A DNA stretch of 64,000 nt from Tubiluchus corallicola (Eukaryota > Animalia > Priapulida), in NCBI GenBank assembly GCA_030141605.1, contig JAQGDQ010000321.1, positions 62,001-126,000 on the forward strand, in the 5' to 3' direction. Every line of letters starts with the position of its first letter. Within the stretch, counting starts at the first letter, position 1. This document shows positions 28,101 through 43,100 of the stretch, in pieces. A program made the translations under genes and the position numbers. The notes under the pieces were generated by a model. The model was given only the letters and a program-made list of their open reading frames with translations, ran no database searches and was not told the origin of the DNA.

Positions 28101-31100
28101 GGAATCTATTTAGCTGATGGGTGTAGCATATTATTACTATGGAAGTGTGAGATATCATTCTTCAGCTTAATACGCACTGCAAAGGCTGCGAAAACTCTGC
28201 TCTTACGTCCTATTTTTCATAATTAGCTCTGCGGTCTTACCTACTCTATGATTTACTCCATGGATTACAGCCAGATTGCTGCATTGGTGACATAATAACA
28301 ATAGTTCTGTTAAAAGCAGTAAGAGCTTCAAAAACAAACCGCTAAGCGTGTTATTAAAAGTTTTACTTCCATAAATTCTTGGGTAGCAAAATTAATTTCA
28401 GCAGACGAGCAGGTGACAGATTAAAAAAAATGTGCTGCACTAACATGTTAGCACACAATTTATAAATGTACTTAGCACAATTGCTTCTATGTACATTATC
28501 GTGTTCAGAAATAGAGTAAAGTTGCCATAAAAGTAGTAAAAGCTCTTGTTTTGTTTTTAACAAGCGAAGCAAAAATACTGAGTGAGTTAATGCAGAGTTA
28601 TCTGAGTCAGTTGCTGGCTGTGTTTCATACATTTGTATAGTGAAAGGCCTATACCAGATGTTTTGGAGTCAATTAGGCAACTGATTCTATTAAGCACTGA
28701 TTCTATTGATACTATTTAACATTACTACATATTTAAATGTACTTGTGTTACTAGTTCTAATAATGTAGTTAGGTTGCTATCGTTTTCCCAGTTTTACATG
28801 ATTTTGCTAGCCAAGTATTTTGGAAAAAGGGCTTGTGAAAGGTTTTACAATTATAAAAATCTAAGTTGTGTTTATAACCCATCTGTAGTATTAATTATTC
28901 GTAATAATTATATGACTACTAATAAGTAATAATTATATGAGTTTATAATTGCTATTTAGCATGGTCCGCAGTTGTTACCAAGACGGGAAATGTTTGAGAC
29001 GTTAGTGAAGCAGATCAGCACAAGTACAGGAAAAATACACCAGGCTGCTTGCAAAGCTGTTCTTATGGTGGCATTGTGTGCTAGCGGCATGCAAGGCTGT
29101 GCTAAGGCTACTCAACAGGAAATAGATATTCTGCTGCAGGGGGTTGAATCCGCAGCGATGTCGGTACGAGAAACTGCTCTACAGGTGAGCGAGAGGCTTT
29201 ACAACATTTCAAAAGTTTAGTCAGGTGAATAATTATTTACAGAGATAATCCTTAATGACAAGAATAGATATTATTAATAAAAAGTGACAGAATAATGAAA
29301 AAGAAAATATATTCTGTCCTCTATATGAATTATTGTGTTTTTTCTTTTTGTACCATTATTATAAGATGAGTAATATTTGGAGCTGGAACTGGAAATATAG
29401 AAATTGCCGTAACTACTTGTTAATCAGATTAACTTATTAATTAACTTTTCTTTTGGGAGACATCGCTGTTGAAATCTTTAAAATTGCAAAATTTATGTAT
29501 GTTTTTCATTGTATTATTTTCCATAGGCACTCTTAGCACTGGCCAAAGTGCTACCGAGTGTTGATGATGACAACAACAATGGCATTAATCTTGTACGGCG
29601 AGTCTGGGTGTGCTGTCATGATACAGAAAAATCAGTAAAAGCTCAAGCATCCAGGTAAAACTGTAAATGTTGTCATAAAATTCTTCAGTCATTTAGTGTA
29701 ATCCCTTTTTACCAAGTCTCTTTAATGACATCAGATATCTTTGGCATTAAGAATTAAAAAATGAGGGGCCTTGTTTTTCTTCGTGATTATAACTTTAAAG
29801 ATATGTGCTTGTTAATATTGAAATCGCTTAGGTACCCATACCCATACAGAATTTGTTTGAAAAATTGTCTAAATTTGCCATTGTAATTTTACTTGCTCAG
29901 CTTGCCGTTCTGAAAGTTACTCGTGCTACTTATGTCCATGGAAATGCTATTCTTATTTTGATTTGGAAATAACCAGAAAAACTGCAAAAACTTCGTGACT
30001 ATTACAAAAAGCGAGTAGTTTTAGCAGCTTTTTCGGCCTAATTTTATGAAGTTATTTTGTCAATAGGGAAATAAATATTATTCAATACATTTTAATGTCA
30101 TTTACTCCATTCAAGATGTCTGGCATGTGTGGAATGGGTTGCTTTCTGTACTAATAAAATAAGTTTTGAGTTCGTCACACTGCTGAAGTGTCATTAAAGG
30201 AGTTTCCTCAGCTTACTAGAGAAGCTTTGAAATCCTTATTCCTTACCCTCATAGGCACTTTGAGGGGCTTATTCATTGTTCCTGATAGGAACTTATAGAG
30301 CTTTATTCGTTATTGTTTATAGGAGGTCTGGAGCATTTTTCTTATTCCTCATATTGTTACTGATGCGTATCTTTAATGCACGGTTCTGCATCATTTCAGG
30401 ATCATTAGAACTGTGCAAAATCATATATTTGCATTTGCAATTCATCTGTAATGTCTGTGCATTCGTGTTAGCACTATAAGCTTTATAAGCTTATTTTAAA
30501 TTTTTTTTCAATTTGCAGATTATGGCAAATGGCAGGTATGTCTGTTCATCCTGCTCTCTGTGCTCTCCTCATCTCAGACATCATTCACGAGGAAGCTGTA
30601 GTGCGCGTTGCTGCTGCTGAAGCGCTAGCTAAAGCTCTCGACTTCAACGAGGATAGTATTGATGCTGTTCTACAGTCCGTGCTTGACATGTACGAAGAAA
30701 AATTAGAGGTTTGAACGTTTTTTAGATTCTAGGTAACATTGTGGATTTCGTTAACATTTTGAAGTTGATGTTTTGTTAATTACATCCTTTAATTGCAGTG
30801 TAGTAACAATGCAAAACAATTTTAAAAGCAGTTTTACAAATTACAATGTATTGTTTGTCAGCTCATGGAAAATGCAGTTTATTTTTAAATTTTTAAACAG
30901 AAATCTTACTCAGAAATGGTCAAAACATTATCTATCAGGTCGAGTGCTTTTCCTTTTGCTTGATTCCATAATTGGACAAAAATGCATTACATTTGTATGT
31001 TCACGGTATATCTTTGGAAGACCTAAAATGTTTGTGCAAAATATAATGCGTAGTATTTGTTTATTCACTGTGTGTCAACTGCATTCAATGAAAAATACTT

Positions 31101-34100
31101 CTGGTGGTGATTTGAGCTGTCATGTCGAACTATATTAAATGTGCATAGTGTATGCTTCATAGTCGCTTTTACATCATATTAATTAGCATTAATTAAGAAA
31201 TTTGCTAATTATTAGCCTTCTTTACTGCAGTGCGCACCTCCAGTGCTGGACTCATTTGGACGCCTCATTTCTGAAGGAGCCGAGGACAAATGGCCTGCAA
31301 GAAGTGGACTAGCTCTTACTCTAGGAAAACTTTCACCTTATCTTTCTGAAGAACAGATTAGTAAGATTTGTTTCTATATTTTTGTATTTTTTGCATAGGT
31401 TGTAGTAGAAAAATAGGACCATTAAGTTGGCATGAAAAAGGGAATTTATTCATATATATTTATTTGTCTTTACCTGAAAGATTTTTAGTTTTGTACCGTT
31501 AAAATTACAGACTGAATGTTAATTATTATTTCTTGCTAATTCATCATTAGTTGTTAACTGTTAAGCATGAAAGAGAAGACGCACTTCTTTACAAAAATTT
31601 GCTCAAAAATTTAAACATTTTTGGCATTAAGCAAGCAATATTTATTTTCTACTTAATCAATGTGAACACTGCATTTTGTTCTATTTTATATTATTTTAAA
31701 AAGGACAGGCTCTTTTTAATGCACGGTTTTTCTTTAGGCCCGTTATTTACATTTTTTGTACAAGAAGGTCTGGGAGACCGCAACGAAGAAGTAAGAACGA
31801 ATATGCTCAAGTCTGCTATAACAGTTGTCACTGACCATGGCAAGGTATCATTAATATGTCTTTTTGACACTTTTGCATTTGTTTATTTGATAAAAGTAGA
31901 ATTAATACATCAATATTTTCTGGAGACTTTTCAGTAGTAATTGGAAACTGAAAATTGTATCGGTTATCAGTTGAAGAGTTTTAGAGACATCAAAAATTGC
32001 TGTCATGTAAATAAGTGTTATATTTGTTGAGTTCTGACCTGTGGCTTACTTTATCAAATAAAAATTGTTAAAACTATACTGAGAGATCAGAGGGTTCATA
32101 AAAAAACAAAATGGATGTGAAATACTGTGAAATTTTTTTTAAAATGTGTATTTTTGTGATGGTGTAATAATTACGTGTTTGTGTTCAAGTAAAATAAACT
32201 TCAACTTAGAACGAAACGAAATGTTTTGGCTGAGTTAAATTTTTGCACATTTTTGTATTTTGCTGCTATTTGGCTGTGTTTTGTTGCTATTCTGCTGCTA
32301 TAAGATGACTACTACTACTTGTTCTACGAGTGCTTTAACTCACTGAATGAAAAGCTGAATGGCGTTGTAACAAAAAGAGACTGGTAGTTATTTAACAAGC
32401 CGTAGCTGACCTACTCCCATAAGTTATCATTTCATTATTGTAATAAAGAATGAGCTAACTTTTTTTCAACAGCAAGCTATCCCAGACAGGCTGCCATGTT
32501 GTTCAGTTTTCTAGTGCATAATATGATGCACAGTTAGTCATAATTTGTCATAACCAACAGCCACTGCTGAGTGTGTAACATGGAAAATGCTGCACGGGTG
32601 TTAGCACATGCTTACTGTCATAATTGGAGGAATTTAATTATTGTAGAACTTTATTTCGTATTTTTGCAAAAAAAAATTATGTATGTGAAATAAGCAAAAA
32701 TAAAATCAAAGTTAAAAAATAATTCATTTCACAGTAAAATAAAATTATTTTCAGTGCCATTGTTATAAGAAGCAGCAGTAAGGTAATATGTCGATTTCTG
32801 TTGCAGTGGCATAAGGGATTTTTATTCTTCTTTGAATTCTCTGTTTTCCAGGAAAATGTACATTCTCTGCTGCCGGTTTTTGAAGATTTTCTTGATAAAG
32901 CTCCCACATCACGTACTTTTGATGCCACAAGACAAAGTGTCGTCATTCTTATGGGCTCTTTAGCCAAACATCTGGACAAAGATGATCACAGAGTGAAACC
33001 AATTGTCGCTAAACTAATTGAGACTCTGAACACACCGTCTCAGCAAGTGCAGGAATCAGTTGCTAACTGCTTGCCTCCGTTAGTACCGGCCATCAAACCG
33101 GAAGCACCAGAACTTCTGAAACGGTTACTTCATCTTTTGCTCGAATCAGACACATACGCCGAAAGGAAAGGTGGGTGCAAGCACAACAGTCCAACGAAAT
33201 TGTACCTTTCTTTTCTAATCACCTTTTTTACATAATATACATTTTATAGTAACAATTTTACATTTGATTTGTACATAATTGACATTATTTTAATTGCTTT
33301 GTTTTCTAATATCAAGGAGCAGCATATGGAATAGCTGGGCTTGTAAAGGGTTTGGGAATATTAGCCTTAAAGCAGCAAGATATTATGTCGACATTACAGA
33401 CTGCTATACAAGACAAGAAAAATTATCGTCATAGAGAGGGTGAGTCTGTCTGCCTTTGTTAGACTTGTTTATAGTTACTGGCATTAATGGGGACATTGTG
33501 CAGTAAACTATCTTAAACAACTGTAACTCACAATGCAGAACCAGTAAGGTAAAAATAGATGGCACGCATCACTTGTGTTGTATGTAATGATTAAAACACT
33601 GGTCTTTTCTGTGTTACGTTCCAGTGTGTAAGAAACATGGTTTGATATTGTGCTTAGTCTATTTCAGAAATTCTGAAGATCAGTACATTTATGGCAGGTG
33701 TAGGGCATTTCTCGGCCATTCTGTCAGCCGTGTTAGTATAGTGATTCCCTCTATTGCTGTTGTGGAGATCAGAAACTAATCCTGTTCCTTGAAACATCAC
33801 ATGTTCTGTTTGTTGTTAGCCATACATTGTCTAATTTGGGCTTCTTTGGAGAAAAATTAGCCTTTTCATAGTTCCAGCGATTAATAATGATCGTGAAAAG
33901 GCCAAAGGATAAGTGTATCAAACAATGTATTTGTGTATACTCGACAACTCCTCGTAGCCAGCCCATCTATTGTCATAGTAACAACTTTAACATGTTTTAA
34001 CAGCTAGCTAGAATTCATTTTATTATTCCCAAGCAAGATCCTGCTAGTAAATCACTATATGCACAGAATAATGCATAATTAAACTAAGTCCACGTAAAAC

Positions 34101-37100
34101 AAGTGAAGTTACTGAACGGAGGGGCCAGCTGGCTTTGCTTTAACCACATGCTGTGGTAACCTTTGACCTACAACAACTGCTCGTGCGCACAACGAAACTG
34201 TGAAAAAAATGTGAAAAGCTTTTTGTTAAAAAAATAAATATACATATAGTAACAGTGGACATTAGTTGTCCTCAGATTTTGGGCTGACTGAAATAATGAC
34301 GCCTTGCAATTAAACACTTAACCTGTTGTTCAGTTAATGATATCATGTGAAAAAAGTGTACCGTCAGAATTTCTGTGTGCTAAAGCACAAAACAGTGATA
34401 GGTATTAAAGAAAACAATAAACTTTTTGTTTATCATAAATCACCAGATGACAACCGACTAATTTTTCTTTTTCTTAGAAACCAGAGATATATTCAACAAT
34501 TTTTATGTACTGTACTATTGACATATTTCACTAATTGTTGTGTACAAATCTTTTTCGTGACAATTTAATATGTAATTGTTACATAGGTGCCCTGATGGCT
34601 TTTGAAATGCTCTGTCATGTTCTGGGACGACTGTTTGAACCCTACATTGTACATGTTTTACCACATTTGCTGCTATGCTTTGGTGACACTAATCAGTTTG
34701 TGCGAGAGGTAGGGCATTAGAAATTAATGTGCGTTGTTATGCAGTGGTGAATTCTGTATTAACTTTGTGCAATGTACAAGTGATGTATCATGCTAAGCTA
34801 GTTTTGTAGCTTGTACTATATCAAAGACTTTGTTATAGAGACTTATAGTGATGGGACGAATACCTATCCAGAACTCATTAATTTTTTTTCTGAATTTAAG
34901 AGCTCAAGAATGATTAGAACAGTAACTTGATTGTGAACGAGTTCATTGACAGAGTAAACTTAAACTCAAGTTCCAAGTTTACTTAAACTCAAGTTCCAAG
35001 TTTACATAACAAACTAGGCAAGATAAAAAAAACAAAACAAAAAAACAATTGCTTCTGTTATGTGAATCGCAAAAAAATTGCGGCATTAATTTATGCCACT
35101 GCTCAATATGCAAAATCTTCGTTGCCGAAGATGGAGTCTATGAGCCCAACTTCTCAAAAATTAAGCCAAACATAGCCAAATTTAGCCTAATTCAATGTGA
35201 AAAGTAGTTGAAATAAGCCAAATTTGTAATACTTAATTTTGGTATGTTAGTTGCACAACTACATGTATAGACTTACATACTTAATTCATTAGTGCCACCA
35301 TTTAGGTAATTACTGCCAAATTAAAATTTGAACTTTGCCAAAATTCGATTGAGAGGTTAAACTTGAGTAAATTGAGTAAATTTAATTGAGTAAAGTCCAT
35401 TCTGGCAGGGAGGAACTTGAACTAAGTGCATTTTACTTCTGAAAAAAATTGGACCTTCAACAAATTCATTATTTAGTGTAATTTCCTTATGCTGGAGTCT
35501 TAGAAAGACAAGACTGAGGTGGAAACTACAAAAGCCTGTTTTTTTAAACAAGGAAAATTTTTCCGTGTATGCAGGATCACATGAAGGCATTCATTGGCTT
35601 TCATTAAAGCTAAGAACAAAACTGATACAAAAAAACCAATTTCATAAGAATTCTTGAGACAACAATCCCGATTCAATTGTCCGTCAGTGATTTTCCAAAA
35701 TTTCTTATGTAATTTGTGAAATTGTAAATTGGGATCAAAGAACAGTTACTGTTTAAGCATTTTAACTGACTATGATAGTGTTATAAAGCTATGTTGACTA
35801 TTGTAATTTTTTAAGGCTTGTATTTTTACATTTTATGTTTTTACTTCATAAGTAGTTTAATATGTCTTTTTCGCAGATACTTACTGATAATAGAATTTTT
35901 TCTATATATATTTCTATATGACACCTAATGCAGAAGATGCTGTAACATTTAATGATTTGTTTTAGGCTGCTGATGACACAGCTAAAGAAGTGATGAGGAA
36001 CCTCAGTGCACACGGAGTCAAACTTGTCCTTCCCTCCCTTCTTGCTGCTCTTGAGGAGGACTCTTGGAGAACTAAAACTGGTAATGATAGAATTTATTCA
36101 CAAGTACTAAAGCTTCAGGCGAAGTATCAAACAGCAAATCTGTTAAAATTGCTCACATTTTTGAAAAAATTATTTTAGCAACACTTTTTTGAAAACGACA
36201 TATTTGAAGCCTACCAATATCTTTGTCTACACTAGTTCAAGTTTCGAATTACGATTCTGTTTTGCACATTTACTGTATCATCATGGTACAAAGTGATGTG
36301 TGAAATGAAATGTTTCAGTCCTTTATTTATCTCACTGATTTTTCTTCACATCACCTCATCCTGTTGCTTGCATCTCTGTCCTCTTGTTACTTTTTTCAAA
36401 TTATCATGTGTTAGTAGTTTAAAAAACAAAGTTCTTTTTGACAGAAACTTAGCAGACCATACTGTTTGTACTACTAGTGTGTGTGTGGTTAATAATTTGC
36501 TTGCTAGCAAAGTATGTGCTAGTATGCTTACAAACTTGTAATCAATTAAAAGTAAGTAAAATAAAGTGAAAAAGCTAGTATTGAATCTGTACTTGAACTA
36601 TACTATTTATTGCAATTCCTTTCTGTCATCATTTCGAATAAAAACCTGAATTTAGTGGGATAAATCATCAACATTAGTCTTTTACAAAATTTAGTAACTC
36701 TTAACAATTACAACAGCATTTTGTACATCTGATTGAAGATATTCATGAATCTTGCTCTTTCAACCACTGGTACAGATGATAAAAAATTGGAAATTACATT
36801 ATTAATATTAGGAATTAAGTAACTAGTCTTTTATGCTCTTTGATGATTATCATAAATTTCTCATACTAACAAAAATGCTTTTAATTTGATCATTTTGTTC
36901 TTTTATTTCATTCATTTTATCACTCTTGACAAAGTCAACTTACACTGTTTTTAATCAGCAAGGTTATTAGTGACCAATTTTACTTATTTTTTGACTAAAT
37001 TAACTATATTATGTTCAATGTATTGCTTTTTATCAGGTTCCGTAGAATTACTCGGTGCCATGGCTTACTGTGCACCAAAGCAACTGTCTTCCTGTTTGCC

Positions 37101-40100
37101 TAGTATTGTACCCAAGCTCATTGAAGTAGTTTCTGACTCGCATGCTAAAGTTAACAAAGCTGGCACGCAGGCGCTTAAACAGATCGGCTCTGTAATTCGT
37201 AATCCAGAAATTCAAGGTAACGGGAACAATAGTTCTTTCACAGCAGTTCAAACATACAAACTAATTCTGTAGTGGGGTTATGGACTCAGCTGTAGGGTTT
37301 TCCGTAACTCAATACTACAATTTTAGTTTTATATCTTATATTTAATGTGATTTTGTAGTCGTCACAAAAGGACAAAAAGAATAAAGACTCCGTCGCTGGG
37401 CAACGGACAACATTAACCTTAAGTTACTATAAGCGACTTTTAACAAATACAACAACACTGAGACGCCACAAGTAAATAACACAAATAACAACTATTTGTG
37501 CCAATACAGGTGATCTAACTGGTGATCAGGCTGTAAGCAGAGTAGCACCCACAGTCCATTGCTTTAACCACTCATTTGCCTGTACTGATGCAGCATATTT
37601 GTACAATTTTGTTTTCAAGTTATATTGTTAAACAAATGTGGAAAGCTATATAGACTTTTTTGGGAACGTTAATGATTTTTATAGTATAATTCACAGTTTA
37701 AAATTTATGCAAGTGTAAAAAATTATGTACTTCTGTAATTAAATTTTACTGAAGCATTTTTTTATGTTGGAATGATGGGAGTTTTTCTAATAACGGAGTG
37801 TTTTGTTTATTTTTTATTTTCTTTTTACCTTTCTTTTATTTAGCTATTGTTCCGGAATTGTTGGGAGCTTTACAGGACCCATCTAGAAAGACTGCTTCAT
37901 GTCTGGTGACCCTTCTAGAGACAAAGTTTGTTCATGTTGTTGATTCGCCTTCACTTGCCCTCATAATGCCTGTCGTACAACGAGCTTTTCAGGATCGATC
38001 AACCGAAGTTCGAAAAATGGCCGCTCAAATCATTGGCAACATGTATTCCTTGACTGATCAAAAGGTTTCTAAATACGTGTATATTACCCTAACTTTTGTT
38101 GCTGTTAATCGTCACCTGCATCAAAGAAGATTTTAAGCTGCTTTTATCAGATATCCAGTATTGCGTGTGTGTTATTGTGTATACAGGTGCAGATAATTAC
38201 ATGCAAAACAGCTAATGTACCATCTGTTTAATGCAAGGGGTTTCGTTAGACACACGGAACAGAATCTGTATTGCTTAAAGAGTGAATGTGAAAGTAAATG
38301 GTTGTACAACAGTATTTAACCTCTAATTGTCATTTGTCACGTCATCTTTTTCCTGCAACAGTGTGCGATCTGTGGTTTTTCCACATCTGCAGGGTCCAGT
38401 GTACCTGTAATGCAGGCCTCATAAATGTGTGCAATACTAAAACAGTGTAAAGTGATTTCTGTTTACAATGCAATAATGCATATGCTATACCAGACGTCTG
38501 GTAAATTTGCTTTAAAATGGCCTTATCACACTACATTCAAAGATACAAATACAGAAGTCCCTAGAAATTTAACAAATGTCTATAGTCTGATGATATACTA
38601 GAACGACAAAAATATTCATCGTATTGCACACGAGTTATAACATATTGAGGTAGCACTATATGTTTTTTGCTTTACAAGGATGTGTTATTGTAGTTGTAAT
38701 TTATTTACTTTGAATAAAAAGCCCTTTAGTAATTTCATTACAGCATAACACAGGTTTATTTGGTAGTATAAGCAACGTACAATGCAGTCTGACAATGATT
38801 TGCAACATTTGTTTTGTTTCATTTAGGATTTGGCTCCCTATCTCCCCACAGTTATTCCTGGATTAAAATCGTCTCTCCTAGATCCGGTGCCAGAAGTAAG
38901 AGCTGTGTCTGCCCATGCTCTAGGAGCAATGGTGAAGGGAATGGGTGAACAATGTTTTGAGGACCTACTTCCATGGTTGATGCAGACACTGACTTCTGAG
39001 ACAAGTAGTGTGGATAGATCTGGAGCTGCGCAGGGTATGTGTTTCAGTAAAGAAACTGAAAAATTACATGAAAGAATTGGCACCGGGGGAAGTTAAATGG
39101 GTAATAGGAAAGGTGTAATAGGAACAATTACAAGAGTCAGTTTAAGGAAGACTTGAGGTGTCATCATGCAAAAATGAAGAGAAATCGCTGAGTAGCTGCT
39201 TGATTGTGATGTGGTAAACAAAATTACATCAACACAGAAAGAAACCACCAGAAGTAATCATGTCAGATGATCTAAATTTCTGTTTCCAGATGAGGACTAA
39301 AAATAGGGCTTCACTGTAAGAACCTGAGAACATAAGATGCAAATGTTATAGCTACATTTGCAGACTCAAGGAATATAAGGAGAGATTAAGTATCAACATG
39401 TTACTCGTGGTTCACACAGGAGATTTTTCTTTAGTGCCCATCTGCTAGGTAGTGTAGACGTCAAAGAAAAAAACAAAATTAATAAATGAGAAGACTTATC
39501 TAAAGACTTATCTAAAGAAAGAAAAAATGTTGTGTAAAAGGGATTTTTTTGGTAAAAAAAGTTTAAAAATGTAAAAGCAAACTATCTGCTTTATATCTTT
39601 GTTCTGATTTGTTATTGTTTAGTACTAATTTCAATATCTGGCTAGAGTAATTACATTGTAAATATTTGAACACTTTTATACTTAGTACATGTCGCAGTTA
39701 TATATAGTAGCAGCTCTGCTACTACCTATTTCTTTATACTGACTTTCCTTGGTAGTGAAAATTTATTTTTGTAAACTTGTATAAGAAGTTGTCCGACGTA
39801 ATCTGATTGTATCTCCCACAGCAGTACTATAATCTATATACTATCTTTGATTTTTTTTCTTTTGAACTTATTGTAGTTATAATTGCTTGGCTTGTCCATC
39901 TGCTATATGCTTTATGATGTTTCACTGTATTCACAGCTTGTTTTACCACATACATCATACCCAATTGCAGTTGCTCTGTGTACAAGCTAGTGTAATCTGT
40001 AATCTGCATCACATTTCACCACTTTTGATTAACAAATTTCTGTATTTAGCTGCTTTATACTGATCAAGTTTTCTTGATTTTACGCAGGTCTTAGTGAAGT

Positions 40101-43100
40101 TGTTGGTGGTCTTGGCATAGAAAAGCTAGATTCACTAATGCCTGATATCATTCAAACTGCAGAAAGATCCGATATAACACCTTTTGTCAAAGATGGTTAT
40201 ATCATGATGTTCATCTATTTACCGAGTGTTTTTGGTGATCATTTTAAAAAGTATATTGGTCAAGTAGTGACACCTATATTAAAGGTTAGTTAACTTCGTT
40301 TAATTGCAAAAATGTCGATTTCATTAACCCTATTCATTAATAGGGTTAATGAAATTAGTCATATCTTAAATTGTTTAGAGACTAGAAAGTGAAATTTTGA
40401 GATACGTCACTTCGCAGCAGCCACTTCGCATCTTTGGTGCGAGTGAGCAAGAATGACATACAAGGTTCAGAAAGACCTTTTTTACCGATCTTTGGTGACG
40501 CTACTATTCTCACGCAACAAAAAATGATGGTTCTTAAAATTTGATATCACTAACAACCAAGTGATAAAAAATCAAAAGAAACAAGTTTTACAGTAAGTGT
40601 TGTAATAAAATAAATTGAATATTCGTAACGAGAGCAGGATTGTAAGTTATAATAAATAATCATTTATTTAAGTGTATGAGTTTCTACGTCTTCTTAGGCG
40701 TTGGCTGATGAGTCTGAGTTTGTCCGTGACACGGCTTTAAGGGCAGGGCAAAGAATAGTCAACCTGTATGCTGATACAGCCATCACATTATTTCTTCCCG
40801 AGTTGGAGAAGGGATTATTTGATGACAATTGGCGCATCCGCTACAGTTCTGTGCAGCTACTAGGTGACCTTCTGTACAAAATATCTGGAGTATCGGGCAA
40901 AATGACTACGGAGGGGGATGATGATGACAACTTTGGAACAGAGCAGTCAAGCAAGGTATGTAGAGAGTGCTTTACTTTTAATATTGATAGCTGAAAGTGC
41001 AGACAATATGGTGCTTCATATTCTCTGTATTTTTTCACTTTCACTGTGAACGGAGAGCATTTTTTGTTGGTTTCTTATTTTATTTTTGACATGTTGAATG
41101 TGTTCATGATCAATCACTGATTTTTGTCTATATTGTCTTTGTAACGCATATGAAATGCATATTTCACCTTTTTTGGGCCAGCTAGTAGTATGAGTGACAC
41201 AAACTTGTTAATCAGACTGGAGTTGACCGGGTGCAGTTTTTCTGGATTTCCAAGCAATAAAACCCAATGCACAATCTGCCCTTTTTATTATTCTTCAGCA
41301 AAAGTTGTTCTTGAGAAAAAACAAAACAATACAAAGGAAAGCAATACAATACAGAAGTTTTGATGTTCTTGTTATCATAGGCTGTGCTGCACCAGTAGCT
41401 TAACAATACACTGTAGTGTTGCGCCTCATAGTCATCTTGGATTTTTAGAAATAAACTTTATACTAGTTTTTTTGTAGCTGCATTGATAGTCTTAGCAGGC
41501 CATACTGAGCAGTGCTAACATGTAAACCATTATGACTAAATCTGAAAGTATCAGTAGTGTGTGCTTGCTGTTTTTTAGACGATCATGGTGGTACTCGGAG
41601 AGGCACGTCGTAATCAAGTGCTCGCAGGTCTCTACATGGGTCGATCAGACGTGGCATTGATGGTACGTCAATCTGCCCTGCACGTTTGGAAGATCATTGT
41701 CACCAACACTGCTAGAACTCTGCGAGAGATACTGCCAACATTATTCCAACTGCTGCTAGGATGCTTGGCTAGTCCAAGTTATGATAAGCGGCAGGTATGT
41801 AATAAGATGTCTTTAATGAGTGATTTGAGAGAAGACGAATTAAGTGAAATTGCGAATTTTCTACCATGAACAATGAAATAAACTCGTAATTACTGAATTT
41901 TTAAAGCTATATTTAAGTGGAAGTAGAAAATCAGAAAATGTAAAAAAGTTAAGACTCAAATCCATTGCCTTTGTCCACTTGACCACACAGTTCTTTATTT
42001 CAAAGATATAGTGTGGTTGCAGCATGGCTGACTGCGACATTAAGCACTGCCAATCCTGATTGTTAAATGGATGGGTGACTAGTGCAAAAGCTGCTCTAGG
42101 TTAATATATTCTGCAAATACTACCCTGTTTGTTTACCTTGTTGAGGAGATCTTATAATTTTCCAAATGTGGCTTTTAAATGATTATCGTCTGTAATTAAC
42201 AAGGTTTCAGTCCTGCCAGTCCATCAACGTTATGTAGATCTTGCTGTTACATTCTGAATTTCAGTTTGCAAACTGCAGAGTAGTATTAAAAATTCTCATT
42301 TTACTTACAGGTGGCAGCGCGCACTTTAGGTGATTTAGTCCGCAAACTAGGAGAGCGAGTTTTGCCTGAGATAATTCCTATTTTAGAGAGTGGTTTGGAA
42401 TCTCCGGAGCCGGAGAAACGACAAGGTGTTTGTGTTGGACTTAGCGAGATTATGAAGAACTGCAGCCGGGAAATGGTACAGAGTCTTTCAGCTCTCCTTT
42501 AATCTGTAAATTGTTAATTTTGAAATGTTAGCATTTTGTCATTCATGCCTATTTAACAAACTTGTTAAAACTTGAAGTAAATAACTGTGGTCAACTCTTA
42601 TTATCCTGTGAAAAGCTGGGCTTATAGAATGTATACAAAAAAAAATAAAGTATTTTTACATAATAACATTTTAATATTTTTTATGATTGACTACTGTCAG
42701 TCTTCGATTTCCATGTTTCAATTTTGAATTGTTTGGAAAGATTTTGAAACACTCATTCAATTATTTTTATCTCTTGCTGTGACTGCATGGCCTATGACTA
42801 TGTACAACACTGATTGTACACAATACTACTCATATATGTCTGTGAAGATTAGCTGAAGTCTACTATACCACCATTTGCCAGGTGCCATTTTAAGCAGCTT
42901 TTTCTTACTTTTCTGGTTTCAGATAATGATGTATGTTGACAATCTAGTTCCGACTGTTCGCAGAGCCCTCTGTGATCCTTTGCCTGAAGTACGAGCAGCG
43001 GCCGCAAAGACATTTGACAACCTTCATGCTACAATTGGGACGAAAGCATTGGACGATATTCTAAATCCGCTAGTTAAGCAACTGGTAAATTTTGTGTTTT

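Noticed and set aside
39040-39450. Possible further CR1-like LINE relic (EDL.V.. and YKERL-like pieces)
   Set aside because: Too degenerate to call without an alignment.
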